Notes: generated from the sequence alone by a model not told the origin. A stretch of 64,000 nucleotides of DNA from Oscillospiraceae bacterium (GCA_009782475.1 WRIZ01000004.1:3989-67988), one strand, 5' to 3'. Shown: positions 53,418 through 63,582, counted from the first letter of the stretch. Numbers and translations are program-made.

Positions 53418-54119
53418 ATGGACGATTTTGCAAGATGCAGATTGAAAGGAATGCAAAAATCCATGATAAACGATGGTATTCACAATAAAATGGTTGACAT
53501 AAAACGGCGTATCGGGCTCGTTTCAGGAGACCGCCCCATCACCCTCGTGGCCGCCGCGAAAACCCAGCCTGCCGGGCTGATCCAAGAGGCGATCCGCGCC
53601 GGAGCCGACGCGGTGGGGGAAAACCGGGTGCAGGAACTGCTGGAAAAAGACGCCCAGGGGGCGTATGAAGGCGCGCCGCTGCATTTCATCGGCCGTTTGC
53701 AAAAAAACAAAGCGGCCAAAATCGTGGGGCGGGCAGAACTCATCCATTCGGTCGATTCGGTGCCGCTGGCCGAAGTGATTAACGATTTGGCGGAACAACG
53801 CGGGTTAATACAATCTGTATTACTCCAAGTCAATATCGCAAACGAAGAAACCAAAGGCGGTTTCTTGCCCGGCGATGTTTTAGTGGCCTTGAAAACTATA
53901 GAAGCCTTAAAGCACGTCCGCGTCCGGGGGCTGATGTGCATCCCGCCTCCCGGCGAGCACGTTTGGTTTGATCAAATGCGGATTCTTTTTGAAGAACTCC
54001 AAGAAATCTGTGACATGGATACCCTGTCGATGGGAATGAGCGGTGATTACGAGGCGGCGGTGCGCGCCGGGGCGACTATGGTGCGGCTAGGCTCAGTTCT
54101 ATTTGGGGAAAGGGGTTGA
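53418..54119 (+). CDS. yggS: YggS-family pyridoxal-phosphate homeostasis protein
   Basis: LVAAAKTQP (PLP Lys), GENRVQEL, HFIGRLQKNK, SMGMSGDYEAAV and VRLGSVLFG. The start is uncertain; ATG 53451 and 53463 are alternatives. Confidence 0.88.
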   Translation: MDDFARCRLKGMQKSMINDGIHNKMVDIKRRIGLVSGDRPITLVAAAKTQPAGLIQEAIRAGADAVGENRVQELLEKDAQGAYEGAPLHFIGRLQKNKAAKIVGRAELIHSVDSVPLAEVINDLAEQRGLIQSVLLQVNIANEETKGGFLPGDVLVALKTIEALKHVRVRGLMCIPPPGEHVWFDQMRILFEELQEICDMDTLSMGMSGDYEAAVRAGATMVRLGSVLFGERG

Positions 54120-54126
54120 CCGGCCG

Positions 54127-55446
54127 ATGCGTATGTACGACATCCTGTCGAATAAGAAGCACGGGGCGGCACTGACGGATGAGGAGATACGGTTCTTCGT
54201 AGACGGCTTTACAAGCGGGGAGATTCCCGATTATCAGGCGTCCGCCCTGCTGATGGCCATCTGCCTGCAAGGAATGAACGAACACGAAACGGCCGTGTTG
54301 ACCGGCGCGATGGCGCACTCGGGCGAAACGGCCGACCTTTCCTCCATCCCCGGCGTGAAAGCGGATAAGCACAGCACAGGCGGCGTGGGCGACAAAACCA
54401 CCTTGATCGTTTGCCCCATCGCCGCGTCCTGCGGCGTCCCGGTGGCCAAAATGAGCGGGCGGGGACTGGGGCATACCGGCGGCACCCTTGATAAGCTGGA
54501 GTCCATCCCGGGGCTGCAAACAACCATCGAGCCGGAGCGGTTCCGCGCCATCGTCCGTTCCATCGGCTATGCCAACATCGGGCAGTCGGGCAACATCACC
54601 CCGGCCGATAAAAAACTCTATGCCCTGCGGGATGTGACGGCAACCGTTGACTCCATCCCGCTGATCGCTTCGTCGGTCATGAGCAAAAAGCTCGCCGCCG
54701 GGTCGGACGCCATCTTGCTGGATGTGAAAACGGGCAGCGGGGCGTTTATGAAAACATTGGACGACGCCGTCCGGCTGGCGCAAATGATGGTGTCGATCGG
54801 CGTTCGGTCGGGACGCCGCATGGCCGCGCTGGTCACCGATATGGACAGACCTTTGGGCAACTCGATCGGCAACGCGCTGGAAGTGGAAGAATCGGTCGAA
54901 GTGTTACGCGGACAAGGCCCCGGAGATTTGGAGGAACTATGCGTTGACCTCGCGGCCTATATGCTCCTGCTGGCCGGGGCGGGAGCCTCCCTTTCTGATT
55001 GCGAAGCATTGGCGAAAGACGCCATTCAAAGCGGCAGGGCGTTTGATAAATTCTGCGAGATGGTGGCCGCGCAGGGCGGCGACGTTTCGGTTTTGACAGG
55101 CGGTTTTCGCAAAGCTCCGATCATATCGCCGCTCAAAGCCGCCCAAAGCGGCATCATCACCCACATGGACGCCGAAGCCTGCGGGATGGCGTCGTTGGCT
55201 CTAGGCGCGGGGAGGGTGCGGAAGGAAGACGGCATCGACCACAGCGCGGGGATCGTCCTGCAAAAGAAAACCGGGGACACCATTGCCGAAGGGGAGACAT
55301 TGGCTTGGCTGCACACCTCCGACGCGGGGAAACTGCAAGAAGCGGAAACCATTCTATCCGCCGCCGTTACCGTCGGCGAAACGCCCCCGCCCGCCGCCAA
55401 GACGGTTTTGGCGGTTGTTACGGAAGACGGGGTCTCCATGCTGTAA
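54127..55446 (+). CDS. pdp: pyrimidine-nucleoside (thymidine) phosphorylase
   Basis: MRMYDILSNKKHG, DKHSTGGVGDKTTL, SGRGLGHTGGTLDKLE and TATVDSIPLIASSVMSKK. Confidence 0.93.
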   Translation: MRMYDILSNKKHGAALTDEEIRFFVDGFTSGEIPDYQASALLMAICLQGMNEHETAVLTGAMAHSGETADLSSIPGVKADKHSTGGVGDKTTLIVCPIAASCGVPVAKMSGRGLGHTGGTLDKLESIPGLQTTIEPERFRAIVRSIGYANIGQSGNITPADKKLYALRDVTATVDSIPLIASSVMSKKLAAGSDAILLDVKTGSGAFMKTLDDAVRLAQMMVSIGVRSGRRMAALVTDMDRPLGNSIGNALEVEESVEVLRGQGPGDLEELCVDLAAYMLLLAGAGASLSDCEALAKDAIQSGRAFDKFCEMVAAQGGDVSVLTGGFRKAPIISPLKAAQSGIITHMDAEACGMASLALGAGRVRKEDGIDHSAGIVLQKKTGDTIAEGETLAWLHTSDAGKLQEAETILSAAVTVGETPPPAAKTVLAVVTEDGVSML

Positions 55447-55458
55447 AGGAGAATCCAT

Positions 55459-55860
55459 ATGACCAACGAAAATCTGCTCGAACTGGCTCAACAAGCCAGA
55501 GAACATGCCCGCGCCGGAATCTCCGGCTTCAAAGTCGGGGCGGCGTTGCTGACCTCTTGCGGCAAGGTCTTTACCGGGTGCAACATCGAAGACCCGTCCG
55601 GCGTCGGGGTGACCAATCTCTGCGCCGAGCGGTGCGCCGTTGCCAAAGCGTTGTCGGAGGGGTTTTCCGATTTCGAGAAAATCGCGGTCGCGGGCGGCAC
55701 GGATACATTAACCGCTTGTACTCCCTGCGGCGTTTGCAGGCAGTACCTCAACAGCTTCTGCCCGCAAATCAAGGTGGTTTGCATGGATAACGGCGGGAGT
55801 AAGGAATATACATTAAGTGAATTGCTCCCGCATTCGTTTGAAGAATCTTTTGGAAGCTGA
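55459..55860 (+). CDS. cdd: cytidine deaminase
   Basis: Zn-binding motifs CAERCA and PCGVCRQ. Length 133 aa. Confidence 0.92.
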   Translation: MTNENLLELAQQAREHARAGISGFKVGAALLTSCGKVFTGCNIEDPSGVGVTNLCAERCAVAKALSEGFSDFEKIAVAGGTDTLTACTPCGVCRQYLNSFCPQIKVVCMDNGGSKEYTLSELLPHSFEESFGS

Positions 55861-55942
55861 GAAAAGAAGAACCCGTCTTGCAAATTTGTCGAAAATACTG
55901 TATGATAGGCGAGCAAGAGCATTTTGAGGAGATGATAGAAGA

Positions 55943-57241
55943 TTGAAACGAATCGTCGGGCTGCCGGTACCCCATTCCAAAAACACCGCGGACTATAAAC
56001 CCGAAGAGATATCGAACCCTTCGGAGGTCAGGCTGCCGATGAAGATGCACAGCGGTTCCCCGGCCAAACCCATCGTTTCCGTCGGCGAAGAGGTTCAAAT
56101 CGGGCAGCTGATCGGAGAAGCCGAGGGAAGGGTTTCCTCCCCCGTTCACGCTTCGGTATCCGGCACGGTCAAAAGCATCAACGAACATGACGCCGTGACA
56201 GGGCAAAAAGCCCTTTCCGTTACCATAACCTCAGACGGTAAAAAAACGGTTTTCGAGGGTCTTGCGCCCCCGGCCGTCACCAATACGGCGGAATTTTTGA
56301 AAGCCGTGCACGACAGCGGGGTGGTCGGCCTCGGCGGCGCGGGGTACCCAACGGCACCCAAGCTCACCCTCAAAGAGGGGACGCGGCTTGACTATATCCT
56401 CATCAACGGCGCCGAGTGCGAACCGTACATCACTTCCGACACAAGGACGATGATCGACGAGGCCGAATATGTGGCCGAAGGCGCGCGGCTGATGAAGGAA
56501 TACTTACGGCCCGAGAACATCCTTATCTGCGTCGAGAACAACAAACCCGAAGCCATCAAAGAGCTGGAGCGGCTCACGGCAGGGGAGGCGGGGATCGGCG
56601 TCCGGGTGCTGCCGTCCAAATACCCGCAGGGCGAGCGGAAGGTGTTGGTTTATAACGTCACCGGGCGGATCGTGCCCGAGGGCGGCCGCCTGACCGACGT
56701 CGGGTGCATTGTCGTCAACTGCACCACCGTTGCCGTGTTCGCCAAATACATCCAAACCGGGATGCCGCTGGTTTCCAAATGCGTGACGGTGGACGGTTCG
56801 GCTGTTATAACGCCCAAGAATGTCATCGCCCCCATCGGGACGCCGATCGGGCGGTTATTTGACGCCTGCGGAGGCTTGAAAGACGACTGCAAAAAAATCC
56901 TGATGGGGGGGCCGATGATGGGCGCGGCCGTCCCCAATACCGAGCTGCCTGTGGTCAAGGTGACCAACGCCCTCCTCGCGCTGAACGCCAAAGACGCCCG
57001 GCCGCCTGTGCCGACGGCCTGCATCAAATGCGGGCGTTGTATTCGTAAATGCCCGATGCGCCTGATGCCGTCTCACATAGAAAGCGCGTATGAAGCGAAA
57101 AAAATTGATTTACTCAAACAGTATAAAGTGAATATGTGCGCCGAATGCGGCTGCTGCGCTTGGCTCTGCCCCGCCAAGAGGCCGCTGGCGCAGGTGATGA
57201 CGCTGTCAAAAGAACTGTTATGGGAGGCGCGTCAGGGATGA
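55943..57241 (+). CDS. rnfC: Rnf electron transport complex subunit C
   Basis: GLGGAGYPTAPK, INGAECEPYITSD, and two 4Fe-4S motifs (CIKCGRCIRKCP, CAECGCCAWLCP). TTG start. Confidence 0.92.
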   Translation: MKRIVGLPVPHSKNTADYKPEEISNPSEVRLPMKMHSGSPAKPIVSVGEEVQIGQLIGEAEGRVSSPVHASVSGTVKSINEHDAVTGQKALSVTITSDGKKTVFEGLAPPAVTNTAEFLKAVHDSGVVGLGGAGYPTAPKLTLKEGTRLDYILINGAECEPYITSDTRTMIDEAEYVAEGARLMKEYLRPENILICVENNKPEAIKELERLTAGEAGIGVRVLPSKYPQGERKVLVYNVTGRIVPEGGRLTDVGCIVVNCTTVAVFAKYIQTGMPLVSKCVTVDGSAVITPKNVIAPIGTPIGRLFDACGGLKDDCKKILMGGPMMGAAVPNTELPVVKVTNALLALNAKDARPPVPTACIKCGRCIRKCPMRLMPSHIESAYEAKKIDLLKQYKVNMCAECGCCAWLCPAKRPLAQVMTLSKELLWEARQG

Positions 57242-58164
57242 ATAAATTAACAGTATCGTATGCCCCTCATATACACGATAACAGTTCGGCGAGGCGGATC
57301 ATGCTCGACGTCATCATCGCCCTCGTTCCGGCGTTCGCCATGTCGGTATGGGTCTTCGGTTCGCGCGCCGCCGTTGTCACGTCGGTTTGCGTGGTCAGCT
57401 GCGTTTTGATGGAAGGCGTTTATCAAAAACTGATGAAAAAGCCTGTCACCGTCAACGATTTCTCGGCAATCATCACCGGATTGCTTTTGGCCTTCAATCT
57501 GCCTGTGGACATCCCCATTTGGCAGGCGGTGTTCGGCTGTGCCGTGGCCATCATCTTTGTCAAGCAGCTTTTCGGAGGTTTGGGCAAGAACTTTGCCAAC
57601 CCCGCCGTCACGGCGCGTGTGGTTATGTTTTTAGCCTTCTCCACTTCCATGACGACATGGGCGGAAATCCCCGACGCCGCTTCCTCGGCCACCCCGCTCG
57701 CGCTGATGAAAAGGGGCGGGGAGGAACTTGAAAAACTGCCTGAACTTTGGAATATGATCATCGGTTCGCGCGGAGGCTCTTTGGGCGAAACAAGCGCGCT
57801 GGTGCTCTTGATCGGCGGGATTTACCTCCTCGTCCGCCGGGTCATCACATGGCATACGCCCGTAACGTTCATTGCCACTGTTTTTATACTGACCGCTCTG
57901 CTCGGCGAAAAGCCGGAATACCACCTCTTCGCCGGAGGTTTGTTCTTAGGAGCCATCTTCATGGCGACCGATTACCCCACAACCCCGCAAACGAGTTCGG
58001 GGCGGCTGATCTTCGGCGCGGGCTGCGGGGTGCTGACCGTCCTGATCCGGCTCTACGGGAATTACCCCGAAGGCGTCGCCTTCTCCATCCTGCTGATGAA
58101 CATGGTCGTTCCCTATATCAATAAGCTGACGGCGAGAAAAGCGTTGGGGGGGAAAAGGGATTGA
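57238..58164 (+). CDS. rnfD: Rnf complex subunit D
   Basis: SYAPHIH, NPA, and TDYPTTP (FMN attachment region). ATGA overlap with rnfC. Confidence 0.92.
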   Translation: MNKLTVSYAPHIHDNSSARRIMLDVIIALVPAFAMSVWVFGSRAAVVTSVCVVSCVLMEGVYQKLMKKPVTVNDFSAIITGLLLAFNLPVDIPIWQAVFGCAVAIIFVKQLFGGLGKNFANPAVTARVVMFLAFSTSMTTWAEIPDAASSATPLALMKRGGEELEKLPELWNMIIGSRGGSLGETSALVLLIGGIYLLVRRVITWHTPVTFIATVFILTALLGEKPEYHLFAGGLFLGAIFMATDYPTTPQTSSGRLIFGAGCGVLTVLIRLYGNYPEGVAFSILLMNMVVPYINKLTARKALGGKRD

Positions 58165-58673
58165 AAAAGGATTTCATCATGCCCATCCTCGTCCTGTCGG
58201 TCATCTGCCTTATCATGTCGGGAGCCCTCGCGCTGACCAATCACTTTACATGGCCGGTCGTTGAGGAAGCCGCCGCCGAACGCGCCGAAGCGGCGCGGGC
58301 GGAAATGATCCCGGAAGCCGACGGGTTTATCCTCCTCGAAACCGATGGATTGCCCAAGACGGTCACCGAAGTGTACAACACGGCCAACGGCACCGGGGTG
58401 ATCTTCATGGTCACGGCCACCGGCGGCTACGGCGGCGAATTCTCCCTCATCATCGGCTTCGGCCCGGACGGAACCATCATCGGCAGCAACGTGCTGGCGG
58501 ATAAAGAAACAAAGGGCTTTGGCGACAGGGTGTTTGCCGCGGTCAATGAGGCGGAGGCGAAGGGCGAACGCTTTGACGGGGTTGCCGGCGCGACGGTTAC
58601 GTCCAAAGCGTATCGCAGAGCCATTGAAGACGCTTTGGAAGCGTATGAAACGGTGAAGGGGGCGCTTTCATGA
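58161..58673 (+). CDS. rnfG: Rnf complex subunit G (FMN-binding)
   Basis: N-terminal TM segment and an FMN_bind domain with GVAGATVTSKA. Confidence 0.88.
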   Translation: MKKDFIMPILVLSVICLIMSGALALTNHFTWPVVEEAAAERAEAARAEMIPEADGFILLETDGLPKTVTEVYNTANGTGVIFMVTATGGYGGEFSLIIGFGPDGTIIGSNVLADKETKGFGDRVFAAVNEAEAKGERFDGVAGATVTSKAYRRAIEDALEAYETVKGALS

Positions 58674-59332
58674 GCAGACTGAACATCCTGACCAAAGGGT
58701 TTATCAAAGAAAACCCCGTTTTGATCTTTCTGCTGGGCATGTGCCCCGCGCTGGCTGTGTCTACCCAGGTATCCAACGCTTTGGGGATGGGGGCGGCGAC
58801 CACATTCGTCCTGCTCGGGTCGAACACCGTCATCGCGCTGCTGCGGAATGTCATCCCCAATAAGGTGCGTATCCCGTGCTACATCGTCCTGATCGCCGGG
58901 TTTGTGACGCTGGTGCAAATGTTTACCGAGGCCTATGTCTACACCCTCTATCAGGCATTGGGTATTTTTCTGCCGCTGATCGTCGTCAACTGCATCGTCC
59001 TCTCCCGCGCCGAAATATTTGCCCAAAAGAATACGGTCTTCAACTCGATCCTGGACGCAATCAGCACGGGGGGCGGATTCACCATCGCCTTGCTCGCCAT
59101 TGCTTCGATCCGGGAAATCCTCGGCAGCGGCACATGGTTTGGGCTTGAAATCCCCGTGCTGGCCGCCGAAAATATCCCGATCTTCGTTATGGCGCCCGGG
59201 GGGTTTGCCGCTTTCGGGATTATTGTCGCTATTATAAATAAAGTTTCCAAAGGCAAAGCCCTGAAAAAGAAGGAGTTCGGCTGCGAAGGATGCCCGTCGG
59301 CACAGACGTGTGTAAAAGGGGGGGTTGAATAA
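58670..59332 (+). CDS. rnfE: Rnf complex subunit E
   Basis: ENPVLIFLLGMCPALAV and LGIFLPLIVVNCIVL. Confidence 0.92.
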   Translation: MSRLNILTKGFIKENPVLIFLLGMCPALAVSTQVSNALGMGAATTFVLLGSNTVIALLRNVIPNKVRIPCYIVLIAGFVTLVQMFTEAYVYTLYQALGIFLPLIVVNCIVLSRAEIFAQKNTVFNSILDAISTGGGFTIALLAIASIREILGSGTWFGLEIPVLAAENIPIFVMAPGGFAAFGIIVAIINKVSKGKALKKKEFGCEGCPSAQTCVKGGVE

Positions 59333-59928
59333 TGGATGTGAAGGTTTTGCTCGTTATTATGATGAGCGCGATTTTGGTCAACAACTATGTGTTAAGCCAG
59401 TTTCTCGGCGTATGCCCTTTCTTAGGGGTTTCCAAAGACCGTAAAAACGCTGTCGGTATGAGTGTGGCGGTCATATTCGTCATGCTGCTGGCCACGGTTG
59501 CCACCTGGCCGATCCAGCACTATCTTCTTGACCGGTATAATCTTGGCTATATGCAAACCATTGTTTTTATCCTGATCATCGCCACTTTGGTGCAGCTCGT
59601 TGAGATCGTATTGAAACGGTACAGTCCCTCCCTTTATTCGGCTTTGGGGGTTTACCTGCCTCTGATGGCGACCAACTGCGCCATATTCGGGGTCACCATC
59701 ACCAATATCAAGGGGGAGATGACCTTTATCGAATCATTGGTCAACGCCCTCGGCGCGGGAACCGGATTCCTGCTGGCCATGGTGGTTTTCTCCGGCATCC
59801 GGGAACATACCGAAAACGCCGACCCGCCGCCGTCGTTTAAGGGCATCCCGATCACCCTCTTCTCGGTCGCCATTCTCTCCCTCGCGTTTTTCGGATTTTC
59901 CGGCGTGATTGAAAACATGTTCGGCTGA
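59332..59928 (+). CDS. rnfA: Rnf complex subunit A
   Basis: NNYVLSQFLGVCPFLGVS and LGVYLPLMATNCAIFG. Confidence 0.92.
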   Translation: MDVKVLLVIMMSAILVNNYVLSQFLGVCPFLGVSKDRKNAVGMSVAVIFVMLLATVATWPIQHYLLDRYNLGYMQTIVFILIIATLVQLVEIVLKRYSPSLYSALGVYLPLMATNCAIFGVTITNIKGEMTFIESLVNALGAGTGFLLAMVVFSGIREHTENADPPPSFKGIPITLFSVAILSLAFFGFSGVIENMFG

Positions 59929-59944
59929 TAGGAGATGATGTGGA

Positions 59945-60778
59945 ATGGATAATGTAGTTATCGCAATCGGCTCGGTCACCGCCATCGGCGCGGTGCTGGC
60001 CGCCTTGATCAGCGTCGCTTCTAAGCTGATGGCCGTCAAGACCGACGAACGGGCGGCTTTGATTTTAGAGTGTTTACCGGGAAGCAACTGCGGCGCCTGC
60101 GGGTATCCCGGGTGTTCGGGTTACGCCAATGCCCTCCTCTCGGGCGGCGCGGCCATCAATCTATGCACACCGGGCGGCGCGGCTGCCGCAAAACGGCTGA
60201 GTGAGATCATAGGTGGTGAAGCAGGCCGCGTTGAGGAGAGGCTTGCCGTCGTCCATTGCCGGGGAGACTGCAACGCCATACAGACGAAGATGGAGTATAC
60301 AGGCATACAGACCTGCCGCGCGGCTAAGCCGCTTTTCGGCGGCGAGGGGGCTTGCGCGTTCGGATGCCTCGGTTACGGCGACTGTAAACCGGTCTGCCCG
60401 TCCGGGGCGATTTGGATCGAAAACGGGCTGGCGCATATCATCAAACGTCTTTGCACAGGCTGCGGCCTGTGCGTGAAAGCCTGCCCCAACAAGCTGATCA
60501 CCATTGAGGATGCCGACGAGACTTCGTTCATCCTCTGTAAAAATATCGAAAAAGGCGGGGTTGCCAGGAAAAAATGCGTCAACGCCTGCATCGGCTGCAA
60601 AAAATGCGCCCGCGAATGCCCGTCGGGTGCCATTACGATTGAGGACAACCTCGCCGTCATTGACTACGAAAAATGCACCCACTGCGAACACTGCGCCGAA
60701 ACATGCGTCACCAACTGCATCCAGCTGGGGATATACCGATCGGGCGTGAGCAAAGCGGAAAAAGTCGGCGTGGGATGA
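59945..60778 (+). CDS. rnfB: Rnf complex subunit B (polyferredoxin)
   Basis: N-terminal anchor. CGACGYPGC plus several CxxCxxCxxxCP 4Fe-4S motifs. Confidence 0.9.
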   Translation: MDNVVIAIGSVTAIGAVLAALISVASKLMAVKTDERAALILECLPGSNCGACGYPGCSGYANALLSGGAAINLCTPGGAAAAKRLSEIIGGEAGRVEERLAVVHCRGDCNAIQTKMEYTGIQTCRAAKPLFGGEGACAFGCLGYGDCKPVCPSGAIWIENGLAHIIKRLCTGCGLCVKACPNKLITIEDADETSFILCKNIEKGGVARKKCVNACIGCKKCARECPSGAITIEDNLAVIDYEKCTHCEHCAETCVTNCIQLGIYRSGVSKAEKVGVG

Positions 60779-60836
60779 TTGGCTTTCGGTTTACCCGAAG
60801 ACGGTATATAGGTAAATTATATTAGTGGGGGTTAGG

Positions 60837-61643
60837 ATGAATTATATAGATGCAAACAAAGCCGCTTGGGAAGAAGCGTTTGATCATCGTAAGCCGAACT
60901 GGGGCGACGACAATCACCTGCGCATAAGAAGCGGGAAATACGCCTTTTTTGACGGCGACCTCAAGAAAGAACTTGAGAACATTGATTTTCACGGGAAAGC
61001 TGTGGCTCAATTCTGCTGCAACAACGGACGGGAATTGCTTTCGCTTGTCCATGACAGCGGAGCAGAGTACGGCATTGGATTTGACATCGCCGAAAATATC
61101 TTAGAGCAGGCAAAGCAAACGGCAGCAAAGGCGGAAATAAAGAACTGCGAGTTCGTGAACTGCAATATTCTCGAAATACCCGAAAAATATCATAACAAGT
61201 TCGACTTCATTTTCTTCACAATTGGGGCTATCAACTGGTTTCATGATTTAACCCTTCTTTTTGAAAAGGTTGGAAAATGCCTGAAAAGCAGCGGAACACT
61301 CTTAATCAATGACGGACACCCAACTGCGATGATGCTTCCCTTTCCCGGAGAAGACGGCTTTGACGCGGATAACCTAAACCGTTTCACAAATTCGTATTTT
61401 ATGAAAGAAGCAGCGATTGGCAATAGCGGAATGGACTATATATCGGGAGTGTATGAATCAAAAACATTTACGGATTTTATTCATACGCTGTCGGATATTA
61501 TCAACGCGCTATCTGCAAACGGCATGAAAACGGTAAAGTTTAATGAATATGATTATGATGTAGGCAACGTAGGCTCGGACATTTATGACGGAAAAGGGAT
61601 TCCGATGTCTTATATTTTAATCGCAGATAAAAGCTCATCATAA
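60837..61643 (+). CDS. class I SAM-dependent methyltransferase
   Basis: Motif I-like region KAVAQFCCNNGRELLSL and an acidic loop at GIGFDIAE. GC content is visibly lower than in the rnf genes. Start at ATG 60837. Confidence 0.78.
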   Translation: MNYIDANKAAWEEAFDHRKPNWGDDNHLRIRSGKYAFFDGDLKKELENIDFHGKAVAQFCCNNGRELLSLVHDSGAEYGIGFDIAENILEQAKQTAAKAEIKNCEFVNCNILEIPEKYHNKFDFIFFTIGAINWFHDLTLLFEKVGKCLKSSGTLLINDGHPTAMMLPFPGEDGFDADNLNRFTNSYFMKEAAIGNSGMDYISGVYESKTFTDFIHTLSDIINALSANGMKTVKFNEYDYDVGNVGSDIYDGKGIPMSYILIADKSSS

Positions 61644-61660
61644 GCATAATCATACACCAC

Positions 61661-61688
61661 AAACGCCGCTCGGCCTGAGCGGCGTTTG
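61661..61688 (+). repeat. 28-bp hairpin (terminator-like), left copy of a direct repeat
   Basis: AAACGCCGCTCGGCCTGAGCGGCGTTTG. It matches 63613-63640 at 26 of 28 positions; the differences are confined to the loop. Confidence 0.6.
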
Positions 61689-61878
61689 TTGCGGCTTGGA
61701 ATAAATTACCTAAAATTTACACAATAGTGGTATCAGATTTTACATTTATCCAGTATAATGTATTTACACATAAAGATTTTGTATGCTATTTTTGATGAAC
61801 GAGGGAGGTGCCCGTTTCAACTTAATCAGGGCAAAGAAAATAATTATGTGACTACAACAAAAAAAGGGGAGCTATAAC

Positions 61879-62382
61879 ATGAAGCGTATATTGATATTGA
61901 CACTGGCAACTCTATTTGCTGCTTTTGCACCGTATGTGAGTGCACTCGAGTATGACAATGATCCGAATGGCACATTTTCAATAAATGATATACATCAAGA
62001 GTATGTTATCAATGTTTCGGGACTTAATACAAGTGCATTTGATGGGCAAGCAAGAAGTGCTGAGCTTATACAGCGAATCGCAATTGACAAAGATTCCTCT
62101 CCTGTAACAATTACAAAAATAGAAGAGCTTATGGATGAGAGACGCCTTGCATTACTTGATGAGGACTTTGATCTTTTTGAGCAAATAACTGCTACGCTTA
62201 GGAGCTTAGGCGTTGAAGAGGTATCACTATCACAAGTTGAAGCCCTAACAGGCGAATCCTTTTCAAAAATGGGCATAACGCCAGCCTCTTCACAAAACGT
62301 GCTAATCGAGACTACATATTCCACAATTGTTATTTGGAGTCCCGCTCTAGGGGGTGGGATGATCGTGGTATCATGCGTATAA
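61879..62382 (+). CDS. secreted hypothetical protein (167 aa; possibly the N-terminal part of a frameshifted longer gene)
   Basis: GGGGAG SD. Signal peptide MKRILILTLATLFAAFAPYVSALE. The ORF ends 10 codons after a G5 run at 62350-62354. Confidence 0.55.
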   Translation: MKRILILTLATLFAAFAPYVSALEYDNDPNGTFSINDIHQEYVINVSGLNTSAFDGQARSAELIQRIAIDKDSSPVTITKIEELMDERRLALLDEDFDLFEQITATLRSLGVEEVSLSQVEALTGESFSKMGITPASSQNVLIETTYSTIVIWSPALGGGMIVVSCV

Positions 62383-62978
62383 GCGTTCAGCCCTTGAACC
62401 CGAATGCTGCAATGTGGCATTACGGGTCTGCACAAAATCTCCCGGCGAGCAATTTTATTGCGGGTACCGTTAATTTTGTTAGACCATGGGCAGAATTTGG
62501 GGTTGGCAATATACCAGTTGTTGGAAATATCGTTTCGGTTTTTGACGCACTCCGTTCTTCAGTTTCAGGTCTAACGTCGGGTACAAGAGTGACTAATATG
62601 TCAGCGGATTACGTTTTTGATATACTTGAAAACACAACATGGCTGTATGGCTGGTCGTCTTCGTTTGGAGGGAATTGGGAGATGTTTGCTAGAACCAGCA
62701 CTCTTAGTTACGATATGACAGCACGAGCTGTTTCTGCAACATTCGAAGGAAATATAACCATGCCTAATGCTGTAAACCGTGAGTATAGAGGCATAATAGA
62801 ACACGAAAGACGCAACGATACTCGTTGGCTATATGAGAACGGTTGGTTTTATACAGCTAACATAAACACCGTGGCTTGGGGTTCGAGATACTTTCAATTC
62901 GGATGTATTGTTGGCAATAACGATTCAAAGCTAAGGATTACATTGCTTAGTCCCGCTATACCCGCTTTAGCAAAATAA
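62373..62978 (+). CDS. hypothetical protein (201 aa from ATG 62373; the frame is open from 62334)
   Basis: 10-nt overlap with the upstream ORF. Trp/Asn/Gly-rich, beta-type composition. No signal peptide of its own. Confidence 0.5.
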   Translation: MRISVQPLNPNAAMWHYGSAQNLPASNFIAGTVNFVRPWAEFGVGNIPVVGNIVSVFDALRSSVSGLTSGTRVTNMSADYVFDILENTTWLYGWSSSFGGNWEMFARTSTLSYDMTARAVSATFEGNITMPNAVNREYRGIIEHERRNDTRWLYENGWFYTANINTVAWGSRYFQFGCIVGNNDSKLRITLLSPAIPALAK

Positions 62979-63039
62979 TCATGCTTAAAAGAAGGGGCTT
63001 GTAAAGCCCCTTCTTTTAAGAGGGAGAAAGGATTATTTT

Positions 63040-63582
63040 ATGGAAAGACATGAGGTTAAAAAACAAATAACCTATAAAAAGCGCATCATAACAACCTCAG
63101 TGATTGCCTTGATTATCGCTGCTTTATTCCTATATCTCTATTTCCCACGGAGTTTATACATTGAAGAATATTATGAAAAGGCTTCCTATGTAATGATAAC
63201 GCATCGAAAGGTCTACCCTGTTTTTGAAGGTAATGTTACTCTGCCAAGTTCAGAAACATATGAAATTAGGTTTACAAACGGCACGCCTGAATATAAAGAA
63301 ATTATAGACATTTTGAAGGGGTTTTCTTTTCACAAGACAATCTCATCTCTTTTTTACAACTCATTTTCAGGGCTTTCAAGTGGGGGCGAAGATATATCGA
63401 TTGACTTCTTTTTATCCGACGGAGAAAAAATGTCTCTGTTTATTATAGACACAAATGGGCGAAATTTATCAATGAATAATAGATACTATGAAATTGGTTT
63501 TTTCGGAAGCGATGAAATCACAAGACTATTTTCTGAAATCATGGAGGTAACGAATAGAACACATTATAATCTAAATGAATAG
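63040..63582 (+). CDS. membrane-anchored hypothetical protein (180 aa)
   Basis: Basic N-terminus followed by one TM helix (IITTSVIALIIAALFLYLYF) and an extracytoplasmic domain. Confidence 0.6.
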   Translation: MERHEVKKQITYKKRIITTSVIALIIAALFLYLYFPRSLYIEEYYEKASYVMITHRKVYPVFEGNVTLPSSETYEIRFTNGTPEYKEIIDILKGFSFHKTISSLFYNSFSGLSSGGEDISIDFFLSDGEKMSLFIIDTNGRNLSMNNRYYEIGFFGSDEITRLFSEIMEVTNRTHYNLNE

